Origin: Candidatus Saccharimonadota bacterium
GTDB taxonomy: Bacteria > Patescibacteriota > Saccharimonadia > Saccharimonadales > Saccharimonadaceae
NCBI GenBank assembly: GCA_001029695.1
Contig: CP011211.1
Location: 1 to 32,000 of the forward strand
Reading direction: 5' to 3'
Length of the DNA: 32,000 nt
How positions within the stretch are numbered: the stretch's first letter is position 1; each line of letters begins with the position of its first letter. The notes under the pieces are model-generated. The model had not been told where the DNA came from and made no database searches. It saw nothing but the letters and a program-made list of their open reading frames with translations. The translations under genes were made by a program, and so were the position numbers. This document shows positions 31,606 to 32,000 of the stretch, piece after piece.

Positions 31606-32000
31606 ATGGCTGAACTATCAGTAGCAGAACTCTCAAAAGATCTCCGCGATGCAATTGCGAAGATTGAGACGACTGAAGGCCTCGAAAAAGTTGGCGTTGT
31701 TGTGCGTATGGGTGACGGTGTTGCCGCTGTCCATGGCCTCCGTAGCGCTGGCTATAACGAAGTGCTTCAGATTGAAACAAAGACAGGTATTGTTGAGGCG
31801 TTTGCCCTCAACCTTATGGAAGATGAAATCGGTGCAGTGCTTCTCGGAAGTGATACGCAGGTTTCAGCTGGCGACAAAGTAAAGCTTAAGGGTACGGTAC
31901 TCGAAGTGCCAGTTGGCCCTGAACTACTTGGTCGTGTGGTTGACCCACTCGGACGCCCACTCGATGGCGGCGTTCCAATTAAGACGAAGCAGACTGGTCT
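31606..32000 (+). CDS. atpA: F0F1 ATP synthase subunit alpha (N-terminal fragment; continues beyond the window)
   Basis: ATG at 31606 with GAAGGA upstream. My own translation gives ...VVRMGDGVAAVHGL...EVPVGPELLGRVVDPLGRPLDG, which is canonical for alpha. It is not in the ORF track because the frame is open-ended. Confidence 0.9.
   Translation, partial: MAELSVAELSKDLRDAIAKIETTEGLEKVGVVVRMGDGVAAVHGLRSAGYNEVLQIETKTGIVEAFALNLMEDEIGAVLLGSDTQVSAGDKVKLKGTVLEVPVGPELLGRVVDPLGRPLDGGVPIKTKQTG

Noticed and set aside
1-32000. CRISPR arrays, rRNA genes, IS elements or transposases
   Set aside because: No regularly spaced direct repeats, no rRNA-like sequence and no transposase-like ORFs were seen in any frame.

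Overview
No homology search was run. All calls rest on reading the ORF track and the sequence directly, so family names are motif-level recognitions. The window is a compact, gene-dense bacterial chromosome segment at roughly mid-40s % GC by eye. It uses the standard genetic code, and TGA acts as a stop. The gene content suggests a reduced-genome monoderm bacterium, possibly CPR/Saccharibacteria-like, but that is a low-confidence inference. It includes a sortase, a PEGA-domain protein, DUF3048, glycolipid-type GT4 glycosyltransferases and an F-type ATPase with an AtpZ-like first gene.

Layout:
- 1..4730 (+): the right-hand part of an integrated plasmid-like element. It carries three small ORFs, a DUF3768-like protein, a replication-relaxation-like wHTH protein, a small basic ORF and a large serine recombinase. 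The recombinase ORF ends inside an antisense tRNA-Glu(CUC) at 4690..4764.
- 4803..9302 (-): a DUF3048 / histidine kinase / receiver-only response regulator operon, followed by gltX.
- 9358..13351: envelope proteins (a DUF4367-like membrane protein, a PEGA protein and a sortase).
- 13430..13516: tRNA-Leu(CAA).
- 13529..18226 (-): housekeeping genes, including an orphan PD-(D/E)xK-like protein, a YjeF_C-like protein, a HAD hydrolase, MazG, xth and smpB.
- 18362..21373: a membrane protein, a six-hairpin glycosidase-like protein and an alpha/beta hydrolase.
- 21400..26540: pyrH plus a cluster of three GT4 genes and one hydrolase.
- 26580..29262: a 93-aa hypothetical, an ABC-F ATPase, a glutaredoxin-like protein and a small ORF.
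- 29302..32000: the atpZ-B-E-F-H-A(partial) operon.

Most interesting observations:
1. A 28-30 nt stem-loop motif with compensatory base changes follows each of the three small element ORFs.
2. The serine recombinase overlaps tRNA-Glu.
3. The element contains a 550-bp non-coding core rich in inverted repeats, plus palindromic operators.
4. A host promoter architecture recurs: TGnTATA(A/C)T sits 7-10 nt upstream of start codons that lack a Shine-Dalgarno (SD) sequence, implying leaderless first genes. One 26-bp divergent intergenic region has a single palindromic shared -10.

No CRISPR array, rRNA or transposase was seen.
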